From Myxococcota bacterium (GTDB lineage Bacteria; Myxococcota_A; UBA9160; SZUA-336): a DNA stretch of 64,000 nt. Position 1 is the stretch's first letter. The number at the start of each line of letters is the position of its first letter. The stretch is taken from positions 1,664,001 to 1,728,000 of the forward strand of contig CBDFGR010000003.1 of NCBI GenBank assembly GCA_965247115.1, in the 5' to 3' direction. Positions 38,071-46,830 of the stretch are shown here, piece after piece. The notes beneath the pieces are model-generated. The model saw only the letters and a list, made by a program, of their open reading frames with translations. It was not told where the DNA came from and made no database searches. Made by a program: the position numbers and the translations under genes.

Positions 38071-39749
38071 GGCGGCAGTAGCAGGAGATCGCTTCCGAGG
38101 CGAAGCCAGTCCCAGGTCATGACCTCTGGCAGACGCACGGGGAAGAGCTTGCCGCGCAGCCAGCTGGGAAGCTCGCCGCGGAGCAGCTGCCGAACCTGAT
38201 CGCTCGTCGAGCGTGGGCCAGGAAAGAGAACCCGCTGCGGGTCGACGTCGGCAGGGATGTTCGCCTCTCGCTTGGCGCGCTGCACGGCCGCCCACAGTCC
38301 GCCAAGCTCATCGACGAGCCCGTTCTCGAGCGCGGCGGCGCCCAGCCACACGTGACCTTGGCCGACCTTGTCCACGTCTTGCGCCTGCAGGCCCCGACCC
38401 TCCGCGACGCGCTCCAGGAACTCCGCGTACAGGGTCCGGATCCAATCCGACGTGCGCGCGCGTTGCACGGGAGTCAGCGGCTTGTCGCTACCGGTGATGC
38501 CGGCCAGTGGGCCGCGCGAGATCACCTCGGTCCCAATCTCGAGCTTCTCGTAGAGACCGGAGAACGCGGGTCGGAGGAAATAAATCCCGATCGATCCGGT
38601 AAACGTTGCTGGCTCTGCCAGGATGGCGTCCGCTCCACTCGCGACGTAGTACCCGCCAGAGGCCGCGACCTCTGCCATGGAGACGACGACCGGCTTCCTC
38701 TCTCTCGCGCTCCGGATGGCTCGCCACAGCTGCTCGCTCGCAAGCGACGACCCGCCGGGCGAGTTCACGCGCAGCACAATGGCCCGGACCGCCTCGTCCT
38801 CCGCGGCCTGCTCGATCGCGGCGCCGATCTCGTCGGCCCGCCAGCTCCGGGTCAGCGGGGACCCGCCCGATTGGATGATTGTGCCTTCGCCGAAGATCAG
38901 CGCGATCTGCGGGCCGCTGCGCAGGCCGAGGCGATTCGGGGGGACGCGGAGGTAGTCGGCCCCGGAAATCTCCTCGGACTGCTCGAAGCCCGCCGACTCG
39001 AGCACCTCGTCACGCCCAGCGATGCCATCCGCGAGACCCGCCTGCAGGTACTCCTGGCTCGTCGCTGGCGCCTCGTCGATCAGCGCGACGACGGCCGACG
39101 CTGTGAGGTTCCTGCCCTTGGCGATCCCCGAGGTGATCTGTGCGAAGAGGCCGTCGAAGAGCTCGTTTGTCATCTGCCGGGCGGGCTCACTCATCTCGCT
39201 GGCGGCGAACGTCTCGACCGCTGACTTGTAGTCACCGATGCGGACATATTCGTATCGAACCCCGATCTTCTCGAAGAGCGAGCCGAGGAAGATCGCCTGA
39301 CCGGCGATCCCCGCGAGCGGACCGAGGAACCCCGGCACGACGAAGACCTGGTCGGCGGCCGAGGCCAGGTACAGCTCGCGCGTGGCGTTGAAGTCGGCCA
39401 GGTCGAGGAGCGCGACCACCTGCTTTTTCGCGCTACGAATCCTGAGGACCGCGTCGCGTAGCTCCTGGATGCGCGCGTAGCCGACGTCGAGCGAGCGGAT
39501 GTGGAGCAAGACTGCTGAGATACGCTCGTCGGCGCCGGCCATCTCGAGCAAGAGCAGCATCGTCGGGAGGGCGGGCCCGCGGGCGGTCAGTCGGCTCAAC
39601 GTGTCGACCGGTGGAGCCTCCGCGAGCTGGCCAGCGAGCTCCACCACCAGCACGCTTCCTTCCGGGATGCGCGGGCCGGACTGCCACAGTGCCATTCCGA
39701 TGGCCGCCACCACGACGACCGCGACGCCGCCACCGATGAGCCGCTTCAT
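38049..39749 (-). CDS. sppA: Signal peptide peptidase SppA (S49)
   Basis: GDYKSAVE, LRVNSPGGS, AASGGYY, TGSIG, GHVWLG, GLVDELGG. Confidence 0.93.
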   Translation of the reverse strand: MKRLIGGGVAVVVVAAIGMALWQSGPRIPEGSVLVVELAGQLAEAPPVDTLSRLTARGPALPTMLLLLEMAGADERISAVLLHIRSLDVGYARIQELRDAVLRIRSAKKQVVALLDLADFNATRELYLASAADQVFVVPGFLGPLAGIAGQAIFLGSLFEKIGVRYEYVRIGDYKSAVETFAASEMSEPARQMTNELFDGLFAQITSGIAKGRNLTASAVVALIDEAPATSQEYLQAGLADGIAGRDEVLESAGFEQSEEISGADYLRVPPNRLGLRSGPQIALIFGEGTIIQSGGSPLTRSWRADEIGAAIEQAAEDEAVRAIVLRVNSPGGSSLASEQLWRAIRSARERKPVVVSMAEVAASGGYYVASGADAILAEPATFTGSIGIYFLRPAFSGLYEKLEIGTEVISRGPLAGITGSDKPLTPVQRARTSDWIRTLYAEFLERVAEGRGLQAQDVDKVGQGHVWLGAAALENGLVDELGGLWAAVQRAKREANIPADVDPQRVLFPGPRSTSDQVRQLLRGELPSWLRGKLFPVRLPEVMTWDWLRLGSDLLLLPPYWVEVR

Positions 39750-39767
39750 GAACTCCCCTCCGTTATC

Positions 39768-39813
39768 TGTGGGACCCGGGCCGCGGGCGGCCGCGGCCCA
39801 CCAACCTACGCTC
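39768..39813 (+). repeat. REP-like palindromic element (TGTGGGACCCGG family)
   Basis: tgtgggacccgggccgcgggcggccgcggcccaccaacctacgctc. Confidence 0.75.
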
Positions 39814-39859
39814 CGATGGTATACGCGCGCTTCCGGGGGCTCCAGCCTTGCGCGCCTGC

Positions 39860-40705
39860 CTACGGGATCACCTTCTGCCGGTTCAGCTCCTGCCGCATCC
39901 GGTAGGCGTCATCGGTCAATAGTGTGATCGAGACCCTGCGGTTGCGACTGTCCTCCGGGTCCAGCGGATTGTAGGGCATGCGGTCGGAGTACCCGCGCAC
40001 CTCGAGGAAGCGGCTCTCGTGGATGCCTCCAGCCTCGAAGCCGCGCCGCGCCCGGTTGCTGCGTCCGGTGGAGAGCTCCCAGTTGCTCTGCGCGGAGCTC
40101 GCACCAAAGCCGCGGCCGTCCGTGTGTCCCTCGACCACGACGTAGTTCGGCAGCCGGCTGAGCTCCTTGCCGAGCTCCTGGAGCAGCGTCACCGCCTCGC
40201 TGTGGAGCTCGACACCACCGAGCTCGAACAGCGGCGTTTCCTTGTCCTCGACCAGACTGATCTTCAGCCCCTCGGGTGTCAGGGAGATCTCGATCTGGTC
40301 GCGGTATTTGCTCAAGCTCTCGATGCTGGCGAGCGACTCGCGAATTCGCTCCGCCTGCTCGCGCCAGTACTCCTCCATGCGCCGCGCCCGCTCGCTCTCG
40401 TCCAGGAGCATCTGGTTGCGCTGCTGGTCCTCGAAGATCGCGGTCTCGCCGGAGTTCGTTCCGCTCTCGATCGGCTTCGCCGTGCCTCCCTCGGTGAAGC
40501 CGATGGGATCCTTGAAGTAAGAGGCGACGTTCGCGACGACGTCGTCGCCCGCTCCCAGGATCCAGAGCACGATGAAGAAGGCCATCATGGCCGTCACGAG
40601 GTCGGCATAGGCCACCTTCCAGTTGCCGCCGTGATGTGCGCTGTGGCCCCCGGAGACCCGCTTGATGATGATCGGGGGGTGTCCCCCGTCGAGGTCTTCC
40701 GACAC
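39860..40705 (-). CDS. motB: Flagellar motor stator protein MotB
   Basis: HHGGNWKVAYADLVTAMMAFFIVLW; OmpA-like EGHTD, NWELSTGR, NRRVSI. Confidence 0.95.
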   Translation of the reverse strand: MSEDLDGGHPPIIIKRVSGGHSAHHGGNWKVAYADLVTAMMAFFIVLWILGAGDDVVANVASYFKDPIGFTEGGTAKPIESGTNSGETAIFEDQQRNQMLLDESERARRMEEYWREQAERIRESLASIESLSKYRDQIEISLTPEGLKISLVEDKETPLFELGGVELHSEAVTLLQELGKELSRLPNYVVVEGHTDGRGFGASSAQSNWELSTGRSNRARRGFEAGGIHESRFLEVRGYSDRMPYNPLDPEDSRNRRVSITLLTDDAYRMRQELNRQKVIP

Positions 40706-40711
40706 CGGGGG

Positions 40712-41572
40712 CTAGCCTTTCTTTACCTCGCGGAGTGCCTCCTCGAGCTCCTCGAAGGAGGGGCGATCCGCGCTGGGAATGCTGCGCCTCCCGATCTCCA
40801 CGGCCATGGGCGGGTTGACGCCAGAGATGGAGGCGAAGAGAACGTGCCGGATGCACGTGTAGTAGTGCTCGTTGGACCTGACGTTGCTCGCCATCGCGGA
40901 CGCGAACGGTCCGGCGAACCCGTAGGCGAGGAAGACCCCCAGGAACGTACCGACGAGGGCGCCGGCCACCTTCATGCCGACGATCGCTGCGCCCTGGTCG
41001 ATCGCTTGCATCGTCAGGATGATGCCGAGCACCGCGGCGACGATCCCCAGCGCGGGGAGGGCGTCGGCGAGTGTCTGAACTGCCTGTGAGGGCTCGAGTG
41101 CCTCGTGGTGCAGAACTTCGAGGTCCCGCTCCATCAGCTCATCCATCGGGTGTGGCTCCAGCACACCCGCGACGAAGAGCTTGAGCGTGTCGCAGAAGAA
41201 CGCCACCGCGTGCTCGTCCTTCGCGAAGGACGTGTACTTGGAGATGATCGTCGACTGCTGCGGGTCGTTTACGTGCCCCTCGAGTGCCAGTACGCCCTCT
41301 CTCCGTGCGAGCTGCATGAGCTCGTAGATCATCTGCAGCATCTCGACGTACTGCATGCGGGTCTTTCCACCGAGCCGTGTCAGCTTGACGAGGTCTTTCA
41401 GGATTCCGCGCAAGACGCGGGGCGGGTTCGCGATGATCAGCGTTCCGATGGACATGCCACCGATGATCAGGTACTCCGACGGCACGTAGAGCAGGATCAG
41501 CTTTCCGTGATGGAGCAGAAAGCCACTTATCATGCACCCGATGACGAGAACGATCCCGATGATGAGCTTCAA
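40712..41572 (-). CDS. motA: Flagellar motor stator protein MotA
   Basis: EYLIIGG, ARREGVLALE, LPALGIVAAVLG, ALVGTFLGVFLAYG, AVEIGRR; TTG start with GGAGG RBS. Confidence 0.95.
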   Translation of the reverse strand: MKLIIGIVLVIGCMISGFLLHHGKLILLYVPSEYLIIGGMSIGTLIIANPPRVLRGILKDLVKLTRLGGKTRMQYVEMLQMIYELMQLARREGVLALEGHVNDPQQSTIISKYTSFAKDEHAVAFFCDTLKLFVAGVLEPHPMDELMERDLEVLHHEALEPSQAVQTLADALPALGIVAAVLGIILTMQAIDQGAAIVGMKVAGALVGTFLGVFLAYGFAGPFASAMASNVRSNEHYYTCIRHVLFASISGVNPPMAVEIGRRSIPSADRPSFEELEEALREVKKG

Positions 41573-41616
41573 GAGAAGCGCCTCCGGCGAGAGACTCGCA
41601 AGCTGCCTCGTAGAGG

Positions 41617-41644
41617 CCATCGGATAAACGCGCCTCTTTCTTGC
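41617..41644 (-). promoter_or_regulatory. Putative sigma-28 (FliA) promoter of motAB
   Basis: Minus strand gCAAG-aaagaggcgcgttta(15)-TCCGATGG, about 45 nt upstream of the motA TTG. Confidence 0.45.
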
Positions 41645-41670
41645 ACTACATGCGGGATCCGGGGCCGCGC

Positions 41671-42843
41671 TCAGGTGCGCTGGACGAGACGGAGAAGGGC
41701 GATCTCGCGGGGGCAGTTGAGTCGGATTGGCGGGCCTGCGAGGCCGAGTCCGCGGTTGACGTAGAGGAGCGAGTCGTCGATCTGGAAGAGGCCGCGTGTC
41801 CAGTGGGCGACCAGGCGGGAGAGGTTCTGGTGCTGGGCACCGGGAAAGCTGATCTGGCCGCCATGCGTGTGGCCGGCAAGGGAGACGGGGAAGCCCAGGC
41901 GCGCCGCCTGGCGAAAGAAGCTCGGGCGGTGGACCAGGAGCAGGCGGGTCAGCTCGGCGGGGATCTCTTTTGCTATTCGCTCGAGCTCCGGGCTCTCCGC
42001 GTCGCGCTCGGTCCAGCCGCGCCCCGGATCGTCGATGCCGGCCAGGCAGAGCGGGGCGCCGTCGACCTCGAGCAGCTTCCAGGAATCGCGCAGGAGACGG
42101 ATCGATGTTGCGCGTTCGATGCCGCGCGCGACCTCCTCCGTACCGGTATACACATCATGGTTTCCAAGCACCGCGTAGACGCCGTGGCGGGCACGGAGCG
42201 TCGCCAGCTCCTGGCAGCCCTCTTCGATGAACGTCGGGTTGAAGTCGAAGATGTCTCCCGTGATCACGGTCAGGTCGGGATCGAGCTCGTTTACCCTGCG
42301 CAGAAAACCACGCAGCAGCGGTGCGCGCAGCTGCGGCCCAATGTGAAGATCCGTGATGTGGGCGATGCGCAGGCCCGCAAGCGCCGCGGGCAGGTTCCGG
42401 ATCGGGAGGTCGAGGCGCTCAACGGACACGCGCCGCTGGCCCACCATGTAGCCCCAGAGGATCGAGCCAAAACCGAAGGTCACTGCCAGAGCGCCGCCAC
42501 CGACCAGAGCCGACTCCAGGACCGGCCGACTTTCGAGCGGCGGAAGCAGCCAGAGCAGGGCACCGCCCAGCCCGAACACCACGAACAGCGGCGGTCCGCT
42601 CAAGAGCGCTCCCAGGCTGGAGAGCATCCATACCCGACCGAGCACCAGGGTACGTCTGCGGCCCCGCGCGAAGCCGCGCAGCGAGACGAGCAATGCTGCG
42701 TTCCCGACCGCCAGACCCACCACGCACGCGAGCGCCGCGAGCAGGCTGAGGCCAGCACCGGTCAGCGCAAGGAGCAGCCAGTGAATGGCGAGCGCCTCGG
42801 AGCTGACCACCAGCAGCAGCGCCATCCACAAGTAGTGTTGCAT
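41671..42843 (-). CDS. Membrane-anchored metallophosphoesterase (YkuE-like)
   Basis: Four TM segments, then DLH, TGD, GNHD, H, GHTHGGQ. Confidence 0.9.
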   Translation of the reverse strand: MQHYLWMALLLVVSSEALAIHWLLLALTGAGLSLLAALACVVGLAVGNAALLVSLRGFARGRRRTLVLGRVWMLSSLGALLSGPPLFVVFGLGGALLWLLPPLESRPVLESALVGGGALAVTFGFGSILWGYMVGQRRVSVERLDLPIRNLPAALAGLRIAHITDLHIGPQLRAPLLRGFLRRVNELDPDLTVITGDIFDFNPTFIEEGCQELATLRARHGVYAVLGNHDVYTGTEEVARGIERATSIRLLRDSWKLLEVDGAPLCLAGIDDPGRGWTERDAESPELERIAKEIPAELTRLLLVHRPSFFRQAARLGFPVSLAGHTHGGQISFPGAQHQNLSRLVAHWTRGLFQIDDSLLYVNRGLGLAGPPIRLNCPREIALLRLVQRT

Positions 42844-42859
42844 CCGGGCGCAGTCTACC

Positions 42860-43618
42860 TCAGGCCGGAGCGACCAGCTTCCAGCCGTCCCACAGGACGA
42901 GGCGCAGCGCGACCAGCGTGAGCGCGCCCCGGTACAGGAGGTCGAAGGAGCGTTCGTCGACTCGTTCCAGCATGCGACTGCCCACCAGGGTACCGACAAT
43001 GACAGCCAACCACATCGACACCAGGAGCGGCACGTACGCGCCGAACGCGAAGCCAGCGAAGCCGAAGATCAGGGTCTTGGAGATGTGGCCGAGGGTCTGG
43101 GTTGCGGCTTTTGTTCCGACGACACCCTGTCTCGAGAGTCCCAGGTTGAGGAAGAACGGGGCTGCGAGCGGTCCCGTCGCTCCGATGAGCAGACCGAGAA
43201 AGCCGACCACGCCGCCCAGTAGCACGAAGCGCCGTTCGGGCCGGATCTCGTCAGGATGTGTCCCCAGCATGAGCCACGCGGGCCGCCAGGTGGCGGCCAG
43301 GACGAAGAGCCCGATCAGCACTCGCGACGCGATGGGCGGCAGCGCGAAGGCAAGCTGTACTCCGAGGTAGCCCATGGGCAAGAGAAGCAGTGCGAAGCGC
43401 CAGGTGAAGCGCCACTCCACGTGACGTCGCTGGACGATGCTTCGCGACGCGTTCGACACGAGCTGAATCAGGCCGTGCAGTGCGATCGCGGTTACCGGCT
43501 CGAAGAAGAGCACCATCACACTCAGCAGGATGATCCCGCCGGCCATGCCGAGGATTGCCGACAGCACCGAGGACGCGAAGGCCGCCCCGATGAGGACGAA
43601 GAGCTCGGGTGTCTCCAG
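42860..43618 (-). CDS. Sulfite exporter TauE/SafE family membrane protein (start probably CTG at 43618 or 43624)
   Basis: GMAGGIILL, GATGP; hydrophobic frame continues upstream of the first GTG (43567). Confidence 0.8.
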   Translation of the reverse strand: METPELFVLIGAAFASSVLSAILGMAGGIILLSVMVLFFEPVTAIALHGLIQLVSNASRSIVQRRHVEWRFTWRFALLLLPMGYLGVQLAFALPPIASRVLIGLFVLAATWRPAWLMLGTHPDEIRPERRFVLLGGVVGFLGLLIGATGPLAAPFFLNLGLSRQGVVGTKAATQTLGHISKTLIFGFAGFAFGAYVPLLVSMWLAVIVGTLVGSRMLERVDERSFDLLYRGALTLVALRLVLWDGWKLVAPA

Positions 43619-43627
43619 CTCCAGACC

Positions 43628-44296
43628 TCAGGGCTGGAGGCGGGCGACTGTCCACTCCCCGCCGTCGAACCCGTCTCCTCGCGCGCTGAGCTCCCTGCAG
43701 AAGAGCGCGCGATCGTGCGCGCGACCCTCTGCCCCGACCCAGAACTCGATGCGTTCGAAGAAGAGCCGGTAGCCGGCCCAGTCCGGCGGGTGCGGGATCT
43801 GCTCGGTCCCCTCTTCCCCAAAGCGTTGCTCCGCGGCTTTCAGCTGCTCGAGGAAGGTCTCGCGCGAGGCAATGGGCTCACTCTGGTGGCTTGCCCACGC
43901 CGCGATCTGCACCGGTCGAGCTCGAGCCGAGAAATAGCCATCGAACTCATCCTCTGGCGAAGGACCCACGGATCCCTCGATGCGGACCTGTCGCTGCAGC
44001 TCGTCCCAATGGAATACCGCCGCGGCCCTGCGGTTCCCCTGTAGGGCGCGGCCTTTGCGGCTCTTGCGGTTCGTGAAGAACACGACGAAGCCGCGACTGG
44101 CATCGTAGCCCCGACACAGCACGACGCGCGCGGAGAGCACGCCGGCGGCGTCGATCGTCGCGAGCGTCATCGAGCCCGGATTGCGCTGAACGCGCTGGTC
44201 GTACGCTTCACTGATCCAGCGCGAAAGCAGCGGAAGCGGCGAGTCGGGCAGGGGGTCGGCCAACGAGGGATCTTCCGGAACGTCGCGATAGCGCAT
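43628..44296 (-). CDS. pdxH: Pyridoxamine 5'-phosphate oxidase
   Basis: MTLAT, SARVVL, FFTNRKSRKG, RQVRIEG, AWASHQS, IEFW...RAHDR, RLQP. Confidence 0.93.
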   Translation of the reverse strand: MRYRDVPEDPSLADPLPDSPLPLLSRWISEAYDQRVQRNPGSMTLATIDAAGVLSARVVLCRGYDASRGFVVFFTNRKSRKGRALQGNRRAAAVFHWDELQRQVRIEGSVGPSPEDEFDGYFSARARPVQIAAWASHQSEPIASRETFLEQLKAAEQRFGEEGTEQIPHPPDWAGYRLFFERIEFWVGAEGRAHDRALFCRELSARGDGFDGGEWTVARLQP

Positions 44297-44320
44297 CGGT
44301 TGGGCAGTATACTTGCTACC

Positions 44321-44366
44321 TGTGGGACCCGGCGCGCGGGCGTCCGCGCGCCACCCACCTACGCTC
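44321..44366 (+). repeat. REP-like palindromic element (TGTGGGACCCGG family)
   Basis: tgtgggacccggcgcgcgggcgtccgcgcgccacccacctacgctc. Confidence 0.8.
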
Positions 44367-44371
44367 GCCTA

Positions 44372-44501
44372 CGGCTCGCTGCGCGCGCCGCTGTCGCGGT
44401 GCTTGCGGGGAGGCGCTAGGTACGGGTCTTCGGCTCGTTGCGCGCCGCTATCGCGGCGCTTGCGGGGAGGGAGCTAGGTGCGCCGTCTTCGGCTCGTTGC
44501 G
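44372..44501 (+). repeat. 59-bp imperfect tandem repeat, about 2.2 copies
   Basis: Units begin cggctcg(c/t)tgcg at 44372, 44431 and 44490; both full units contain gcttgcggggagg...gctaggt.cg..gtctt. Confidence 0.75.
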
Positions 44502-44535
44502 GCAGGAGGCGGCGGGCTTGCTAGACTGCCGCGAG

Positions 44536-44853
44536 ATGGCCGAGCTCCGCGAGATCTATCAGAAGGCCTTCGACGCCTTTATTCGGCAGGAATACGACGG
44601 GGCGGTCGAAGGCTACCTAGCTCTGATCGAGGCCGATCCGAGCTTCGTCCTCGCCTATCAGGGACTCGCCGAGGTCTACTCGAGGCAGGACAAGCTCGAC
44701 CTGGCGATCGAGACCATCCAGAAAGCGATCGAGCTGGATCCGAACGAGTCGCTCTACCACACCAGCCTCTCTCGTTTCCTGCAGCGTCAGGGAAAGGTCC
44801 CGGAGGCGGAGGCGGCTGCGGCGGACGCGGCTCGAATCCAGGCAAAACCCTGA
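44536..44853 (+). CDS. Small TPR protein
   Basis: AYQGLAEVYSRQDKLDLAIETIQKAIELDPNE. Confidence 0.8.
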   Translation: MAELREIYQKAFDAFIRQEYDGAVEGYLALIEADPSFVLAYQGLAEVYSRQDKLDLAIETIQKAIELDPNESLYHTSLSRFLQRQGKVPEAEAAAADAARIQAKP

Positions 44854-44858
44854 GTCTG

Positions 44859-45872
44859 ATGCGGCAGATCGATCTGCGCAGCGACACCGTGACGCGCCCG
44901 AGCGAGGCCATGCTCGACGCGATGGTGCGCGCAGAGGTCGGTGACGACGTCTACGGCGAGGATCCCACAATCAACCGGCTGCAGGAGCTCGCGGCCGAAC
45001 GGCTCGGCAAGGAGGCGGCGCTGTTCGTGCCGAGCGGGACGATGGCGAACCAGGTCGCGCTCGGGGTGCACACGCACCACGGCGACGCGGTGATTGCCGG
45101 GCAAGGCGCCCACATGTTCTTGCACGAGGCGGCCGCGGGAGCTGCGCTCTCGGGCGTGCAGTTTACACTCGTTGGAGCGGATGGGTTCTTCGGCCCGGAG
45201 GATGTGCAGGCTGCCGCCTTCCCCTTGGACCAGCACTTCCCGCGCACGCGTCTCGTGTGTATCGAGAACACGCACAACTCGAGCGGCGGCCGTGTCTTCC
45301 CCCTCCCGCGCGTGCTCGAGGTGGCCGCGGCCGCACGCGAGCGAGACCTGGTGCTACACCTCGACGGGGCCCGCATCTTCAATGTCGAAGTCGCCACGGG
45401 GATCCCTGCAGCGGAATGGGCGGCGCCGTTCGATTCGGTCTCGTTCTGCCTGTCCAAGGGCCTCGGGGCACCGATTGGCTCGCTCGTCTTGGGGACGAGC
45501 GACTTCATTGCGAAGGCGCACAAGCTGCGCAAGATGTTCGGCGGAGGCATGCGCCAGGTCGGCTCCCTTGGCGCGGCAGGGATCTATGCGCTGGAGCACA
45601 ACGTGAAGCGGCTCGCCGAGGATCACGCGAATGCACGACTCCTTGCCGAGGGACTGCGCGCGGCTCCAGGGGTGGAGCTGGTGCGCGAGCCGGAGACGAA
45701 CATGGTGCTGTTTCGCCCGGCCGAGCCGGGCACCTTCTCGGCGCGTATCGCGGAGCGCGGCTTACTCATCAACGCGAACGCACCCGGGGTCATGCGAGCG
45801 GTGACCCACCTCGACGTATCTTGTGATGACGTCGAGACGGCGGCGGAGATCATCCGCGAGGTCTGCACGTGA
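44859..45872 (+). CDS. ltaE: Low-specificity L-threonine aldolase
   Basis: IDLRSDTVTRP, GDDVYGEDPT, SGTMANQ, HLDGARIFN, CLSKGLGAP, GGGMRQ. Confidence 0.95.
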   Translation: MRQIDLRSDTVTRPSEAMLDAMVRAEVGDDVYGEDPTINRLQELAAERLGKEAALFVPSGTMANQVALGVHTHHGDAVIAGQGAHMFLHEAAAGAALSGVQFTLVGADGFFGPEDVQAAAFPLDQHFPRTRLVCIENTHNSSGGRVFPLPRVLEVAAAARERDLVLHLDGARIFNVEVATGIPAAEWAAPFDSVSFCLSKGLGAPIGSLVLGTSDFIAKAHKLRKMFGGGMRQVGSLGAAGIYALEHNVKRLAEDHANARLLAEGLRAAPGVELVREPETNMVLFRPAEPGTFSARIAERGLLINANAPGVMRAVTHLDVSCDDVETAAEIIREVCT

Positions 45873-46291
45873 GTACGGCAAAATCCCAGGGCCTGCGCTT
45901 CGAGTGCACGCAGTGCGGGGAATGCTGCACGAATCGCGGCGAGTACGCGCACGTCTACGTGGGCACTGCCGAGGTCCGCGCACTGGCTCGGTTGCTGGGC
46001 AAGAGCGTGTCGGACTTTCGGCGCGAGCACACCTTTGTGGACGAGTACGGCTGGACCCAGCTAGCCTTCACGGGGGATGGCTGCTGCTTCCTCGACGGGG
46101 TTCGCTGTCGCGTGTACGGAGCGCGTCCGACGCAGTGTCGGACCTTTCCTTTCTGGCGGGATCTCGTGAAGGACGGCGAGTGGACCCAGGAGGCGCGGGA
46201 GCTCTGCGAGGGCGTCGGACGCGGACGTCTCTATGACCTGGATGAGGCGGAGGAGCTGATCGTTGCGTTCGAGAGATCCGATGAGGACTAG
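45869..46291 (+). CDS. YkgJ family CxxCxxCC cluster protein
   Basis: FECTQCGECC, CCFLD..RCRVYGARPTQCRTFPFW. Confidence 0.88.
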   Translation: MSTAKSQGLRFECTQCGECCTNRGEYAHVYVGTAEVRALARLLGKSVSDFRREHTFVDEYGWTQLAFTGDGCCFLDGVRCRVYGARPTQCRTFPFWRDLVKDGEWTQEARELCEGVGRGRLYDLDEAEELIVAFERSDED

Positions 46292-46296
46292 TCACC

Positions 46297-46830
46297 TTGG
46301 GTAGCTCTTATCTGACCAGAGCTCGCTGGACCCGGCGCGACCTGCTGGTTGGCGGAGTCGCGAGCCTTGGTGTGCTCGCACTGCCGACCCGGCCGCGTGC
46401 GCAAGAGCTCTCGGAGCAGACCCGGGCTGCCCTCGAGCAGAGTCCGTTCGTGTACATCTCGCCGCTTCGTTCGGACGGCGCGGAGAGCCGCTGTCACGGC
46501 GAGGTCTGGTTCCACTTCGATCGCGGCTCGGTTCTGATCGTGACGAAAGCGAGCACCTGGAAGAGCCGCGCGCTCTCGGCAGGACTTGATCTCGCGCGGA
46601 TCTGGGTGGGTAACTTCGGTTCCGTGCGGCGTGCCGGTGAGCGCTTCCGGAGTGCGCCCGTCTTCACCGGGAAGGCCGTGAGTGGCAAGGACGATGCTGC
46701 CTTCGAACGCCTGCTCGCCGGCTTCGGCAAGAAGTATCCGGCAGAGTGGGGTAGGTGGGAGCCTCGCTTCCGGCGCGGCTACGCCGACGACTCGCGCGTG
46801 CTGATCCGCTACGAGCCAACGGGCGCGTGA
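46297..46830 (+). CDS. Tat-exported hypothetical protein, possibly split-barrel (PPOX-like)
   Basis: TRRDLL twin-arginine signal; VYISPLRSDG...EVWF, KKYP. Confidence 0.6.
   Translation: MGSSYLTRARWTRRDLLVGGVASLGVLALPTRPRAQELSEQTRAALEQSPFVYISPLRSDGAESRCHGEVWFHFDRGSVLIVTKASTWKSRALSAGLDLARIWVGNFGSVRRAGERFRSAPVFTGKAVSGKDDAAFERLLAGFGKKYPAEWGRWEPRFRRGYADDSRVLIRYEPTGA

Noticed and set aside
43628..43630. Selenocysteine or readthrough fusion of pdxH and tauE at the in-frame TGA
   Set aside because: PdxH ends at its canonical RLQP terminus and no SECIS-like hairpin is evident; separate initiation is simpler.
44321..44501. Possible CRISPR array
   Set aside because: The units are contiguous tandem copies without unique spacers, only about two copies, and there are no cas genes.
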